16,565 nucleotides of DNA from NCBI GenBank assembly GCA_037137395.1, contig JBAXKK010000060.1, forward strand, positions 1 through 16,565, given 5' to 3'. The stretch is from Elusimicrobiota bacterium. GTDB lineage: Bacteria > Elusimicrobiota > Elusimicrobia > Elusimicrobiales > UBA9959. Shown piece after piece: positions 5,537 to 13,364 of this stretch; the stretch's first letter is position 1; each line of letters starts with the position of its first letter. Position numbers and translations under genes: made by a program. Under the pieces are notes generated by a model. It ran no database searches. It saw only the letters and a program-made list of their open reading frames with translations, and was not told the origin of the DNA.

Positions 5537-7198
5537 CTAGAAGTCAGATTTTTTTGACGCTTCAATGGCGGCAAGAAGCTCAGCCATGGCCGCGGTCGCG
5601 GTCATGTTCCCAACTTCCCATATAACCGGCCGGTCCAGGCTAAAATAAGCGACAACGCGCTCAACCAGATAATCGCGCACTACCAGCACCCTCGGCTTCC
5701 TGCCGCATGAAAGTTCCCGAAGCGGAGCCGCCCACCCCCCGCCGTCCAGCTCCAGAAAACCGACCTCGTCCACGAATACGACATCAGCCTGCGAAATGGC
5801 GCCGCCGGACAGGGCGGCAAGGCCGGATGCCACCCCTTCTTCGGAGAAACGAAATTCTCCAGCCCTGATACTGCCGCCCGCTTCGCGCCGGCATAGCTTG
5901 ACCCTGGCGCCGGAGAATAGATCCACAACGTCAAATCCGGAGCGCAACCCGTTCTCCCATAAACCCACGGCGCAGATCCCGCCCGGCTTTTTACATCCCG
6001 CGCGCAGCAGCTCCGCCAGCTTCATCACCAGTTCGCTCTTACCGCTGCCGTGCGCGCCGGTTATAATAAAAACCGGTGGCCGGCCGAGAGTTTCCAGAAG
6101 GAAAGGCGCGCGTGCCACTGCCTCCCCAAGAACTGATAGTGGCCGCCTGACAAAATCCCTGCCGGGAGGAAGCCCGGCAATGATCCCCGGCAGAGCGTTG
6201 AAAGCGTATTCCAGGGTCTCAAAGAAAATTCCGCCAATCAGCCGCTCCAGCAGCCGGCGTATGGACGGGTTCGTGAGTTCACAGCCTATGGCCGCAAAAC
6301 CAAATGTGAGTATGAAGGCCCTTAAGGCCATGTAAAAGCCCGCCGAAAGGCTCCCCAGCATAAGCCCGGCCGTCAATGAAGCGGCCAGCACGCCGCCCCA
6401 AACTCCGTAATGTTTCAACAGGGACGTGGCGCGGAGATAATAACGCGCGCATACGCCTGAATAAACGCCAGCCGCCGCCAGCATGACCGTGGGGGGTATT
6501 TTACGCCCGGCCGACATCACCGCAGTTATAAATAGTATATGCAGGATAAGCGCCGGGGCGGAGTAAGCGCGCGGCACATTCTCAGTACCGCCGTAAAATT
6601 TATTCTCCGGTCTTTCGGCTGCCGGCGCTGGGGCGGAAGCCGTCTTGTTTTCGGCGCACATTCCCGCTACAGCGGCTGCGGCGCCGGCCAGAAAATAAGC
6701 CGCAAAAAGAAAGATCAGGGGGGCCCATAAATTCCCCGGTCCGAAGCCGCCGTGCAGACTCATCCATTCTACCCCGCGCAGATATACGGCGACAGTATCG
6801 GGGCCGTAAAAAATCAGAAGACTTACAACTTTGTGCGCCAAAGCCCAGCACATGGCCAGGCCTCCGGCCAGCAGGTAACCCGCGGGGTTACAGCCGAGCA
6901 GCCGCACACCAGCTTCAGCCAGCAGTCCCTCCATAGAGATAGCCAGCATCGGCCCGAATATTACCGCGCTAGGAGATACGGACTTCATAGCCGCGCAGAC
7001 AAGGCCGGCGCGCCACAAGAGGCCGCGCTCCGGCCAAAGCCTGTGCCCGGCAACCAATATGGCTATACCGATAGCCGTTAATACCTCTCCGGAGAACGGC
7101 ACGCGCGCGTTGTGCAGAAAGCTGCCCAGCACTATTTCCGACGCCGCCCAGATGCCGCCAAGGACGGCCGCTTTTCGCCAGAGAATGTTCTTGCTCAT
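5537..7198 (-). CDS. Polytopic membrane protein fused to a C-terminal THEP1/NTPase_1-like P-loop NTPase (553 aa)
   Basis: About 10 hydrophobic segments in aa 1-310, split by a polar Ala/Pro linker. Walker A GAHGSGKS at aa 381, RSGFDVVDL, GEFRF, Walker B VFVDEVGFLE. Confidence 0.85.
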   Translation of the reverse strand: MSKNILWRKAAVLGGIWAASEIVLGSFLHNARVPFSGEVLTAIGIAILVAGHRLWPERGLLWRAGLVCAAMKSVSPSAVIFGPMLAISMEGLLAEAGVRLLGCNPAGYLLAGGLAMCWALAHKVVSLLIFYGPDTVAVYLRGVEWMSLHGGFGPGNLWAPLIFLFAAYFLAGAAAAVAGMCAENKTASAPAPAAERPENKFYGGTENVPRAYSAPALILHILFITAVMSAGRKIPPTVMLAAAGVYSGVCARYYLRATSLLKHYGVWGGVLAASLTAGLMLGSLSAGFYMALRAFILTFGFAAIGCELTNPSIRRLLERLIGGIFFETLEYAFNALPGIIAGLPPGRDFVRRPLSVLGEAVARAPFLLETLGRPPVFIITGAHGSGKSELVMKLAELLRAGCKKPGGICAVGLWENGLRSGFDVVDLFSGARVKLCRREAGGSIRAGEFRFSEEGVASGLAALSGGAISQADVVFVDEVGFLELDGGGWAAPLRELSCGRKPRVLVVRDYLVERVVAYFSLDRPVIWEVGNMTATAAMAELLAAIEASKKSDF

Positions 7199-7218
7199 AT
7201 GTTTTTGTTCAATAGGGG

Positions 7219-9228
7219 TCAGAAGAGCACCTTTACTGCCGCGGTTACCGTTCTTCCTGGCGCCAGCGTGTCTTCGGCCTGCTGATAACGCTCGTTAAAG
7301 ATATTCCCCAGCCTTAAAGATGCGCTTACTTTCCCGGTAATTTTTTGCGCCGCGCCTATATCCATTACCGAATATCCGGCGCTTGTTCCTGTATTAGCGT
7401 CATTAGTAAATTGCCCGCCTTTATGTGTCCAGCCCGTAAAAATATTGGTGTCTTTGTGTTTCCAGGATAGTCCCGCGGAATAAATATGGCGCGGCGCATA
7501 GGTAAGCTGATTGCCTTTTATCGCCAATCCGGGCGCTCCCGTTATTTTTGAGCGGGACTGCGTGTAAGCGGCGTACGCGGTAAAATCCCCGGCGATGTAC
7601 TTTACGGGTAATTCCAAGCCGTAAACTTCAACTTTCCCTACATTGGTGTACATCTTTTCTTTGCCCCAGGTCACGTCCGTTACGCCGGTCTCTACCTGGT
7701 AAATAAAGTCCCTGGCTGTTGTGTAATACACACCAGGTGCGATGTAGACAGCGGAAACAGGGCTCAGTCTGAAACCTGTTTCAACAGTGGCGGCTTTTTC
7801 CGGCCCCAGGCTGGGATTAGGTTTTTGATACCACTTATTGGCGCCGCTGCCTTTTATAAGAGTTAACACCATACTCTCAAGTTCACCTGCCCTGAAACCC
7901 CTGGCGTAAGAGACATATTGCTGTATTGTATCGGTATACTTATAACCGACTGATATCTTAGGCGTCAAACTATGCCATGTATGCTCGTCCAGATCGCCTG
8001 TATAAAAACCCGGCGCTTTTGTGTTTTCCGCAAAACCGTCGTGGAATTTTACGGTGTCATATCTTAAACCGCCGACTATGTTTACTTTGTCGGACAGCAG
8101 ATTCTTTTCCAGCTGAATGAAGGGCGCGTAATTATCGATTTCACCTATATCTTTTGCATGTGTTCCGTTGTTATAATTGTCGTAGCCATTAACATCCCCG
8201 TGTTTCCAGTCAAAGCCCAATGTGCAGGATAAGCCTGCGATATCTTTGGCTATGGAACTTTGAATGCCGTGATCGCGTCTGTCTACGGCTATATCGGTAT
8301 GTGAAGCGGTGGTAGTGGCTTCGGAGCGGGTTTGCTCTGTCTGTTGGTCGTAAACCGCGACATTCCAGTTAAGGTCTTCACGGCTGCCTTTCCACGAAAT
8401 CCTGGAAAGATCGGTCTCGCTTTCCCGATATTCCCCCTTTGCCGTGCTTTGATAATTTGTTCCCATCCCGGTCACCCCGTCATAACGGGAGAAATCCGCG
8501 CGAACAGCGCCCACTTCCTTAAAATCATAAGCGACTTTAGCGCCGAATGAATTTTCGCTGACATATGACTTCGCTGTGTATTGAGTGCGATTTGCCTCGA
8601 TAGCCTGCACATAGCCGTCGCTTTCCAAATGCTTTCCGAACACTTCCAGAGACAAAGCTCCAGCTTGCGCTCCCGCCTTTGCCGTTGCATCAAGGGTATT
8701 ATATGTACCATAGGAGGTTTCCAGGCTATAACCTTTCTTTGCTCCCTTTGTAATTATATTGATCGTTCCGCCTATAGCATTGGAGCCATAAAGAGAAGAA
8801 GACGGCCCTTTAAATACTTCAACATGGTCTATATCTTCTATTGCAAGATCGTTCCAATTTACTCCGCCAGTTGCCGAATTATTCAGCGGAACTCCATCCA
8901 GCAATACTAGCGTGCGTCCCTGCGATTGACCGCCCTGAGGTGAGCTGCCCAGCCCGCGCATTGTTAACGCGGCCATGCGGTTATTTATATCGCCGGAAGA
9001 ACGTGTTGTGCTTAATCCCGGGACAAGCGCCGCAAGTTTTTCGTCCAGCGTCGTGCCGGGTAATTCTTTAAGTTGTTCGGGTATCACAACTTCTATTGAG
9101 GCGGGAACATCAGCCAGAGTTTGCGGAGCCCGGCCGGGTGTTATTACTGTTAAATGCACGTCTGATGCCGCCAGCGGGGCGCACAGCAATAATGTTGTCA
9201 ATGTTAAACCGACCCTCTGTCGTATCAT
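7219..9228 (-). CDS. TonB-dependent outer-membrane receptor (BtuB/CirA-like, 669 aa)
   Basis: Signal peptide, plug motifs (MRGLG, TLVLLDGVPLN, IDHVEVFKGPSSSLYGSNAIGGTINIITK), barrel motifs (NPSLGPEK, NIFNERY, PGRT), C-terminal Phe. AGGAG SD at 9239-9235. Confidence 0.96.
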   Translation of the reverse strand: MIRQRVGLTLTTLLLCAPLAASDVHLTVITPGRAPQTLADVPASIEVVIPEQLKELPGTTLDEKLAALVPGLSTTRSSGDINNRMAALTMRGLGSSPQGGQSQGRTLVLLDGVPLNNSATGGVNWNDLAIEDIDHVEVFKGPSSSLYGSNAIGGTINIITKGAKKGYSLETSYGTYNTLDATAKAGAQAGALSLEVFGKHLESDGYVQAIEANRTQYTAKSYVSENSFGAKVAYDFKEVGAVRADFSRYDGVTGMGTNYQSTAKGEYRESETDLSRISWKGSREDLNWNVAVYDQQTEQTRSEATTTASHTDIAVDRRDHGIQSSIAKDIAGLSCTLGFDWKHGDVNGYDNYNNGTHAKDIGEIDNYAPFIQLEKNLLSDKVNIVGGLRYDTVKFHDGFAENTKAPGFYTGDLDEHTWHSLTPKISVGYKYTDTIQQYVSYARGFRAGELESMVLTLIKGSGANKWYQKPNPSLGPEKAATVETGFRLSPVSAVYIAPGVYYTTARDFIYQVETGVTDVTWGKEKMYTNVGKVEVYGLELPVKYIAGDFTAYAAYTQSRSKITGAPGLAIKGNQLTYAPRHIYSAGLSWKHKDTNIFTGWTHKGGQFTNDANTGTSAGYSVMDIGAAQKITGKVSASLRLGNIFNERYQQAEDTLAPGRTVTAAVKVLF

Positions 9229-9269
9229 CGCAATCTCCTTGGCGGTCAGCTTCTGGAAACAAAATATAG

Positions 9270-9686
9270 CTAGATCGGCGCGATTATAGAAAAAGCGCCG
9301 TGCGTAACGCCTTTCAGCGCCCGCATGGCGTCCGCCAGGCGCTCCAGTGCCGGTGGCAATCCCGTGACCGAAGCTGTTACAAGTATTTTTCCACCCGGCA
9401 GGATATTGGTTTGCAACGAAAGGACGCTTTTAGCGTTGGCCTGTAGAAGGGTCTCAAGGCTGCGTCCGGGTCGGCGGTCGGCCGGGTCGTATACTATCGA
9501 AATGCTTCCGGCACATTCTCGCCCGCTCCTCCACTCTTTTTTAGTTACGGCGCGACGGATGAAGTCTGCCATGGCCTGCGAACGGCTTGGGTAGCCGCGT
9601 TCGGAGGATATTTCATCCAGCCTGACGAGCAGGCCTTTCTCAAGACATACGGTAAACCTGTCCAGCAATTTATCGGTGTTTTTCAT
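9270..9686 (-). CDS. NikR-like regulator (RHH + ACT-like domain) lacking the nickel ligands (~138 aa; alternative start 9692)
   Basis: RFTVCL..LL..LD....RGY.SRS.A..D.IR RHH domain, and IVYD...G....LAD.....KGV.HG C-domain collinear with NikR. The ORF track's 9773 start is probably too long. Confidence 0.85.
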   Translation of the reverse strand: MKNTDKLLDRFTVCLEKGLLVRLDEISSERGYPSRSQAMADFIRRAVTKKEWRSGRECAGSISIVYDPADRRPGRSLETLLQANAKSVLSLQTNILPGGKILVTASVTGLPPALERLADAMRALKGVTHGAFSIIAPI

Positions 9687-9714
9687 ATTCATACTATTGT
9701 ATGAAAAAATATGA
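9683..9714. promoter_or_regulatory. Inverted repeat TTCATAC-N4-GTATGAA with outer TCATAT/ATATGA, candidate operator
   Basis: TTCATAC 9688-9694 and GTATGAA 9699-9705 overlap the start of the nikR-like gene in the divergent promoter region. Confidence 0.45.
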
Positions 9715-9803
9715 TTACCTGCGAACGCTATCGCCCACAGGCTTTTATCAATTCGCGCCGAATTTGCTACCATTTGGGGATAAAGCTAATTTTGGAGGAG
9801 AAC

Positions 9804-11432
9804 ATGAACACCATATTCCAAGTCCCAAAGCCGCTCAACGAGCCCGTTTGGAATTACGCCCCGGGCAGCCCCGAACGCAAAGAATTGAAAGCCAAACTAA
9901 CCGAACTGCGCGGCCAAGTAATAGATATACCGCTTATAATCGCGGGCAAAGAAGTCCGCACCGGTAAAACCGCCGATATCATCATACCGCACGAGAACAA
10001 GAAAATCATAGGCCGCTTCCACAAAGCCGGCGTGAAAGAAGTTGAAATGGCCATCAAGGCCGCGGCGGCGGCGCGCGAGATCTGGGGCCGGATGCCCTGG
10101 CACGCCCGCGCCTCCGTATTTCTTAAAGCCGGGGAGCTGCTTGCCGGCCCCTGGCGCCAGACGCTTAACGCCGCCACCATGCTGGGCCAGTCAAAAAACC
10201 CCTACCAGGCTGAGATAGACTCGGCCTGCGAACTGGTAGATTTTTATCGTTTCAATACCAGCTACGCGGAACAGATCTATTCCCAGCAGCCGTTTTCCCC
10301 CCGCGGTAACTGGAACTACGTGGATTACAGGCCCTTGGAAGGCTTCGTATTCGCGGTGACGCCCTTCAACTTTACTTCGATAGCAGGCAATCTTCCCACC
10401 GCGCCCGCCATAATGGGAAACACCGTCATCTGGAAGCCTGCCTCCACCTCAGTTTACTCAGGCTACTTCCTTATGAAACTGTGGCAGGCGGCGGGACTGC
10501 CGGACGGCGTCATAAACATGGTGCCCGGCTCCGGCGGAGAGGTCGGCAACCCTGTTATAGACAGCAAGGATTTTATGGGTCTGCATTTCACCGGCTCCAC
10601 AGCCGTGTTCAACGGAATGTGGTCCACAATAGTAAAGAACTTCGATAAGTACCGCGGCTACCCGCGCATAGTGGGAGAAACCGGCGGAAAAGACTTTATT
10701 TTCGCCCATGAATCATGCGACACCGAGGCGCTCAAAACCGCCATAGTGCGCGGCTCCTATGAATATCAGGGACAAAAATGCTCAGCCGCCAGCCGCTCTT
10801 ACATACCACGCTCAGTCTGGAATAAGATCAAGGACGATCTGACAGCCCAGATAAAGAACCTGAAGATGGGCCCGGCCGAAGACTTCACAAACTTCATTAA
10901 CGCGGTTATAGACAAAAGCGCGTTCAATAATATAAAAGGGTATATAGACTTCGCCAGAACGGCACCGGACGCGAAGATACTTGCCGGCGGAGTATGCGAC
11001 GACTCAGCGGGCTACTTTATACAGCCCACACTGATTGAAACATCAAACCCGCAGTTTAAGACCATACATGAGGAGATCTTCGGGCCGGTTATGACAGTAT
11101 TCGTATATGAGGATGGAAAATTTGAGGAGACGCTGCGCCTGTGCGACGCAACCTCGCCCTACGCCCTGACCGGCGCCATCTTTGCCCAGGACCGCGCGGC
11201 GGTGTTGCGGGCAGCGGACATTCTTGAACACGCGGCCGGCAACTTTTACATAAACGACAAACCCACCGGAGCCGTGGTCGGCCAGCAGCCTTTCGGCGGT
11301 GCCAGAGCTTCCGGCACTAACGATAAAGCCGGCTCACTGCTGAATATGATGCGCTGGACCTCGCCGCGTTCTGTAAAAGAGACCTTCGTCCCGGCCACCG
11401 ACTACAAGTATCCGTTCATGCTGGAAAAATAG
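9804..11432 (+). CDS. pruA: Delta-1-pyrroline-5-carboxylate (L-glutamate gamma-semialdehyde) dehydrogenase (542 aa)
   Basis: NEPV..YAPGSPER, AEIDSACEL.DF.RFN, PFNFTSI, FTGST, GETGGKDF, catalytic EYQGQKCSA, EEIFGP, GNFYINDKPTGAVVGQQPFGG. GGAGG SD before ATG 9804. Confidence 0.96.
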   Translation: MNTIFQVPKPLNEPVWNYAPGSPERKELKAKLTELRGQVIDIPLIIAGKEVRTGKTADIIIPHENKKIIGRFHKAGVKEVEMAIKAAAAAREIWGRMPWHARASVFLKAGELLAGPWRQTLNAATMLGQSKNPYQAEIDSACELVDFYRFNTSYAEQIYSQQPFSPRGNWNYVDYRPLEGFVFAVTPFNFTSIAGNLPTAPAIMGNTVIWKPASTSVYSGYFLMKLWQAAGLPDGVINMVPGSGGEVGNPVIDSKDFMGLHFTGSTAVFNGMWSTIVKNFDKYRGYPRIVGETGGKDFIFAHESCDTEALKTAIVRGSYEYQGQKCSAASRSYIPRSVWNKIKDDLTAQIKNLKMGPAEDFTNFINAVIDKSAFNNIKGYIDFARTAPDAKILAGGVCDDSAGYFIQPTLIETSNPQFKTIHEEIFGPVMTVFVYEDGKFEETLRLCDATSPYALTGAIFAQDRAAVLRAADILEHAAGNFYINDKPTGAVVGQQPFGGARASGTNDKAGSLLNMMRWTSPRSVKETFVPATDYKYPFMLEK

Positions 11433-11442
11433 CGGCGCGCCT

Positions 11443-11497
11443 TGTATAAATAAAAAACCGCCCCCCCAAATTTGGAGGGGCGGTTTTTATTTATACA
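11443..11497. terminator. Bidirectional rho-independent terminator between the convergent pruA and permease genes
   Basis: TGTATAAAT-AAAAAACCGCCCC...GGGGCGGTTTTT-ATTTATACA: GC stem with an A-tract before and a T-tract after. Confidence 0.88.
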
Positions 11498-11503
11498 TTA
11501 ATA

Positions 11504-12409
11504 TCAAAACAATCCAAACAGCAGCCCGGCGGTGAAAGCGAAAGCGACCCACCAGGCGGCGTAAACCAGCAGACCGCGGCGGCCTATCAATTTTTGCGAC
11601 ATTATCATTGTGGGAATACAGGTTCCGACCGAACCCAGCAGAAAAGCGAAGGCGGGCCCCGGCCCGAGACCCAGTTTCATCAGTGATAGTGTCAGAGGGA
11701 TTTCCTCTCCCTCGCAAACATAAAGAGGCACACCCACCAGCACCGCGCTTATATAAGCCAATGGTCCCGAGGAACCAATATAGCGCGGAATAGCGCCGGG
11801 AGGAATAAGCACGACAAGCAGGCTGGCTATAGCCATACCAAGCACAAAATATTTAGCCAGGTCCTTCAGTATATCTATAAAAACCGGCCAGAATTTCCTA
11901 GGCCCATCGTGTTCATCCCCGCCTGAACAACCATTACCGGAACAACATTTATTTTCCGGAGCCGGGGACGGAATGTCCAGAAAGCCGGGCTTTGAGCGCT
12001 CAAGCCAAAGAAAAACAGAGCCTATCATAAGGCCGCCGAAAAAAGCCGCCAGCGCGCGGGCGGCCGCGAATTTCCAGCCCAGCACGGCAAAAGTCAGAAT
12101 CAGCGTCTGCGGGCTGGCCAGCGGAGAGGCCAGCAGGAAACTGGTGACCGTGCCCAGATCCGCGCCTTTGCGCCGCAGCCCGGCTGCCATCGGCATAGTA
12201 GCGCAGGAACAGCCCGGCATAATCATGCCCAGTATGGAAGCCTTGGCCATAGAAAGCCAGCCGCCGCGTAAATGTCTTAAAGCGAACTCAGGCTTTACGA
12301 AAACATCCAGCGCGGCGCCGAAAGCGGCCCCACCCATAAAATAAGGCAGAACCATCCAGGTGAGAGAGAAAAATTCTTTTAAAAAAGCGTAAACGTAAGA
12401 CATGAACAT
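11504..12409 (-). CDS. Predicted permease, DUF318/ArsP family (301 aa)
   Basis: Duplicated topology with motifs PGCSCATMP...FLLASP and PLYVCEGEEIP...G.GPAFAFLL, and a central Cys/His-rich loop (KCCSGNGCSGGDEH). Confidence 0.88.
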   Translation of the reverse strand: MFMSYVYAFLKEFFSLTWMVLPYFMGGAAFGAALDVFVKPEFALRHLRGGWLSMAKASILGMIMPGCSCATMPMAAGLRRKGADLGTVTSFLLASPLASPQTLILTFAVLGWKFAAARALAAFFGGLMIGSVFLWLERSKPGFLDIPSPAPENKCCSGNGCSGGDEHDGPRKFWPVFIDILKDLAKYFVLGMAIASLLVVLIPPGAIPRYIGSSGPLAYISAVLVGVPLYVCEGEEIPLTLSLMKLGLGPGPAFAFLLGSVGTCIPTMIMSQKLIGRRGLLVYAAWWVAFAFTAGLLFGLF

Positions 12410-12442
12410 ATTTTTTTATTACCAGCAGGATCCGGGCTAAGG

Positions 12443-12799
12443 CTAACCCGCGATGCGCTTCATGGCAGACTCAAGCTCTTCATTTGAAAACGGCTTGCGC
12501 AGTATAATCCCGGCGCCCTGCTCTAAAATCTTTTTATCAAGCGCGTCCTGCTCAACGGCGGTTATAACAATTACTTTGATCAAGGGGTCAATCACCTTAA
12601 TCTTTTCCAGCACTTCAAGACCGGTTCCGCCCGGCATTATAAGGTCCAGCAGCACCACCTCCGGACGCAGTTCCGTGAAAGCTTTAACCGCGGCTACGGC
12701 ATCCCCGGCCTCCCCCAGCACCTCGTGCTTGGATCTCTCCAGACATATCCGGATGACCGCGCGTATTGTATCGTTATCGTCAACTATAAGTACTTTCAT
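12443..12799 (-). CDS. Single-domain response regulator, CheY-like receiver (118 aa)
   Basis: MKVLIVDD, phosphoacceptor LLDLIMP, VITA, RKPF. GGAAGG SD before ATG 12799. Confidence 0.92.
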   Translation of the reverse strand: MKVLIVDDNDTIRAVIRICLERSKHEVLGEAGDAVAAVKAFTELRPEVVLLDLIMPGGTGLEVLEKIKVIDPLIKVIVITAVEQDALDKKILEQGAGIILRKPFSNEELESAMKRIAG

Positions 12800-12858
12800 A
12801 AAACATTTCCTTCCTTTAAAAGTCAACCCGCTTACTTGCCGCGGACAACGCGGCCTTG

Positions 12859-13302
12859 TTAGTGTTTGCCGGTACTGCCGTAACCGCCTTCGCCTCTGGT
12901 TGTGGAGGCGAGCTCCTTGGCTTCCGTAAAGATTACATACTCTATCTTATTAAAGACCATTTGGGCTATTTTTTCGCCTTTTTTAACCTCATAAATATTC
13001 CTGGGATCGTGATTAATCACGATAACGCCCACCTCGCCGCGATAAGGCGCGTCTACCGTGCCCGGCGTATTTAAAACCGTAATGCCGTGCTTCAGCGCCA
13101 GACCGGATTTGGGCCGCACCTGCCCCTCATAGCCGTAGGGAATAGCCATTTTAAGCCCGGTAGGCACCAGCACGCGCTCTCCGGGTTTAACCTTAAAATT
13201 ACCGCTGGAATATAAATCTACGCCAGCGTCACCATCATGGGCGTAAGCCGGCATTTTTATATCTTTATCCAATCTCTGTACGATAATCTCAAGTTTTGTC
13301 AT
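12859..13302 (-). CDS. dut: Trimeric dUTP diphosphatase (147 aa)
   Basis: Five dUTPase motifs: AGVDL, RPKSGLA, GTVDAPYRGE, KIAQMV, RGEGGYGSTG. Confidence 0.97.
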   Translation of the reverse strand: MTKLEIIVQRLDKDIKMPAYAHDGDAGVDLYSSGNFKVKPGERVLVPTGLKMAIPYGYEGQVRPKSGLALKHGITVLNTPGTVDAPYRGEVGVIVINHDPRNIYEVKKGEKIAQMVFNKIEYVIFTEAKELASTTRGEGGYGSTGKH

Positions 13303-13322
13303 AATCCAATCTCTCCCCTCTA

Positions 13323-13364
13323 TTTACACTTTACGCTTTGCGTTTTACGTTTTACGCTTTATAC
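13323..13364 (+). repeat. Degenerate 7-bp tandem repeat x6 (consensus TTTACGC/T)
   Basis: TTTACAC TTTACGC TTTGCGT TTTACGT TTTACGC TTTATAC, filling most of the nrdG-dut spacer. Confidence 0.85.

Noticed and set aside
5796..6335. 179-aa plus-strand ORF and the other antisense ORFs over the long genes (e.g. 3121-3579, 11973-12344, 12453-12929, 15584-15997)
   Set aside because: Shadow ORFs opposite well-supported genes in GC-rich DNA, with no motifs.
9687..9803. Long starts for the nikR-like gene (9773) and pruA (9711), and a cobalamin riboswitch ahead of the TBDR operon
   Set aside because: The long starts would overlap head-to-head, and pruA has a strong SD at ATG 9804. The ~110-bp gap has no B12-box-like motif.
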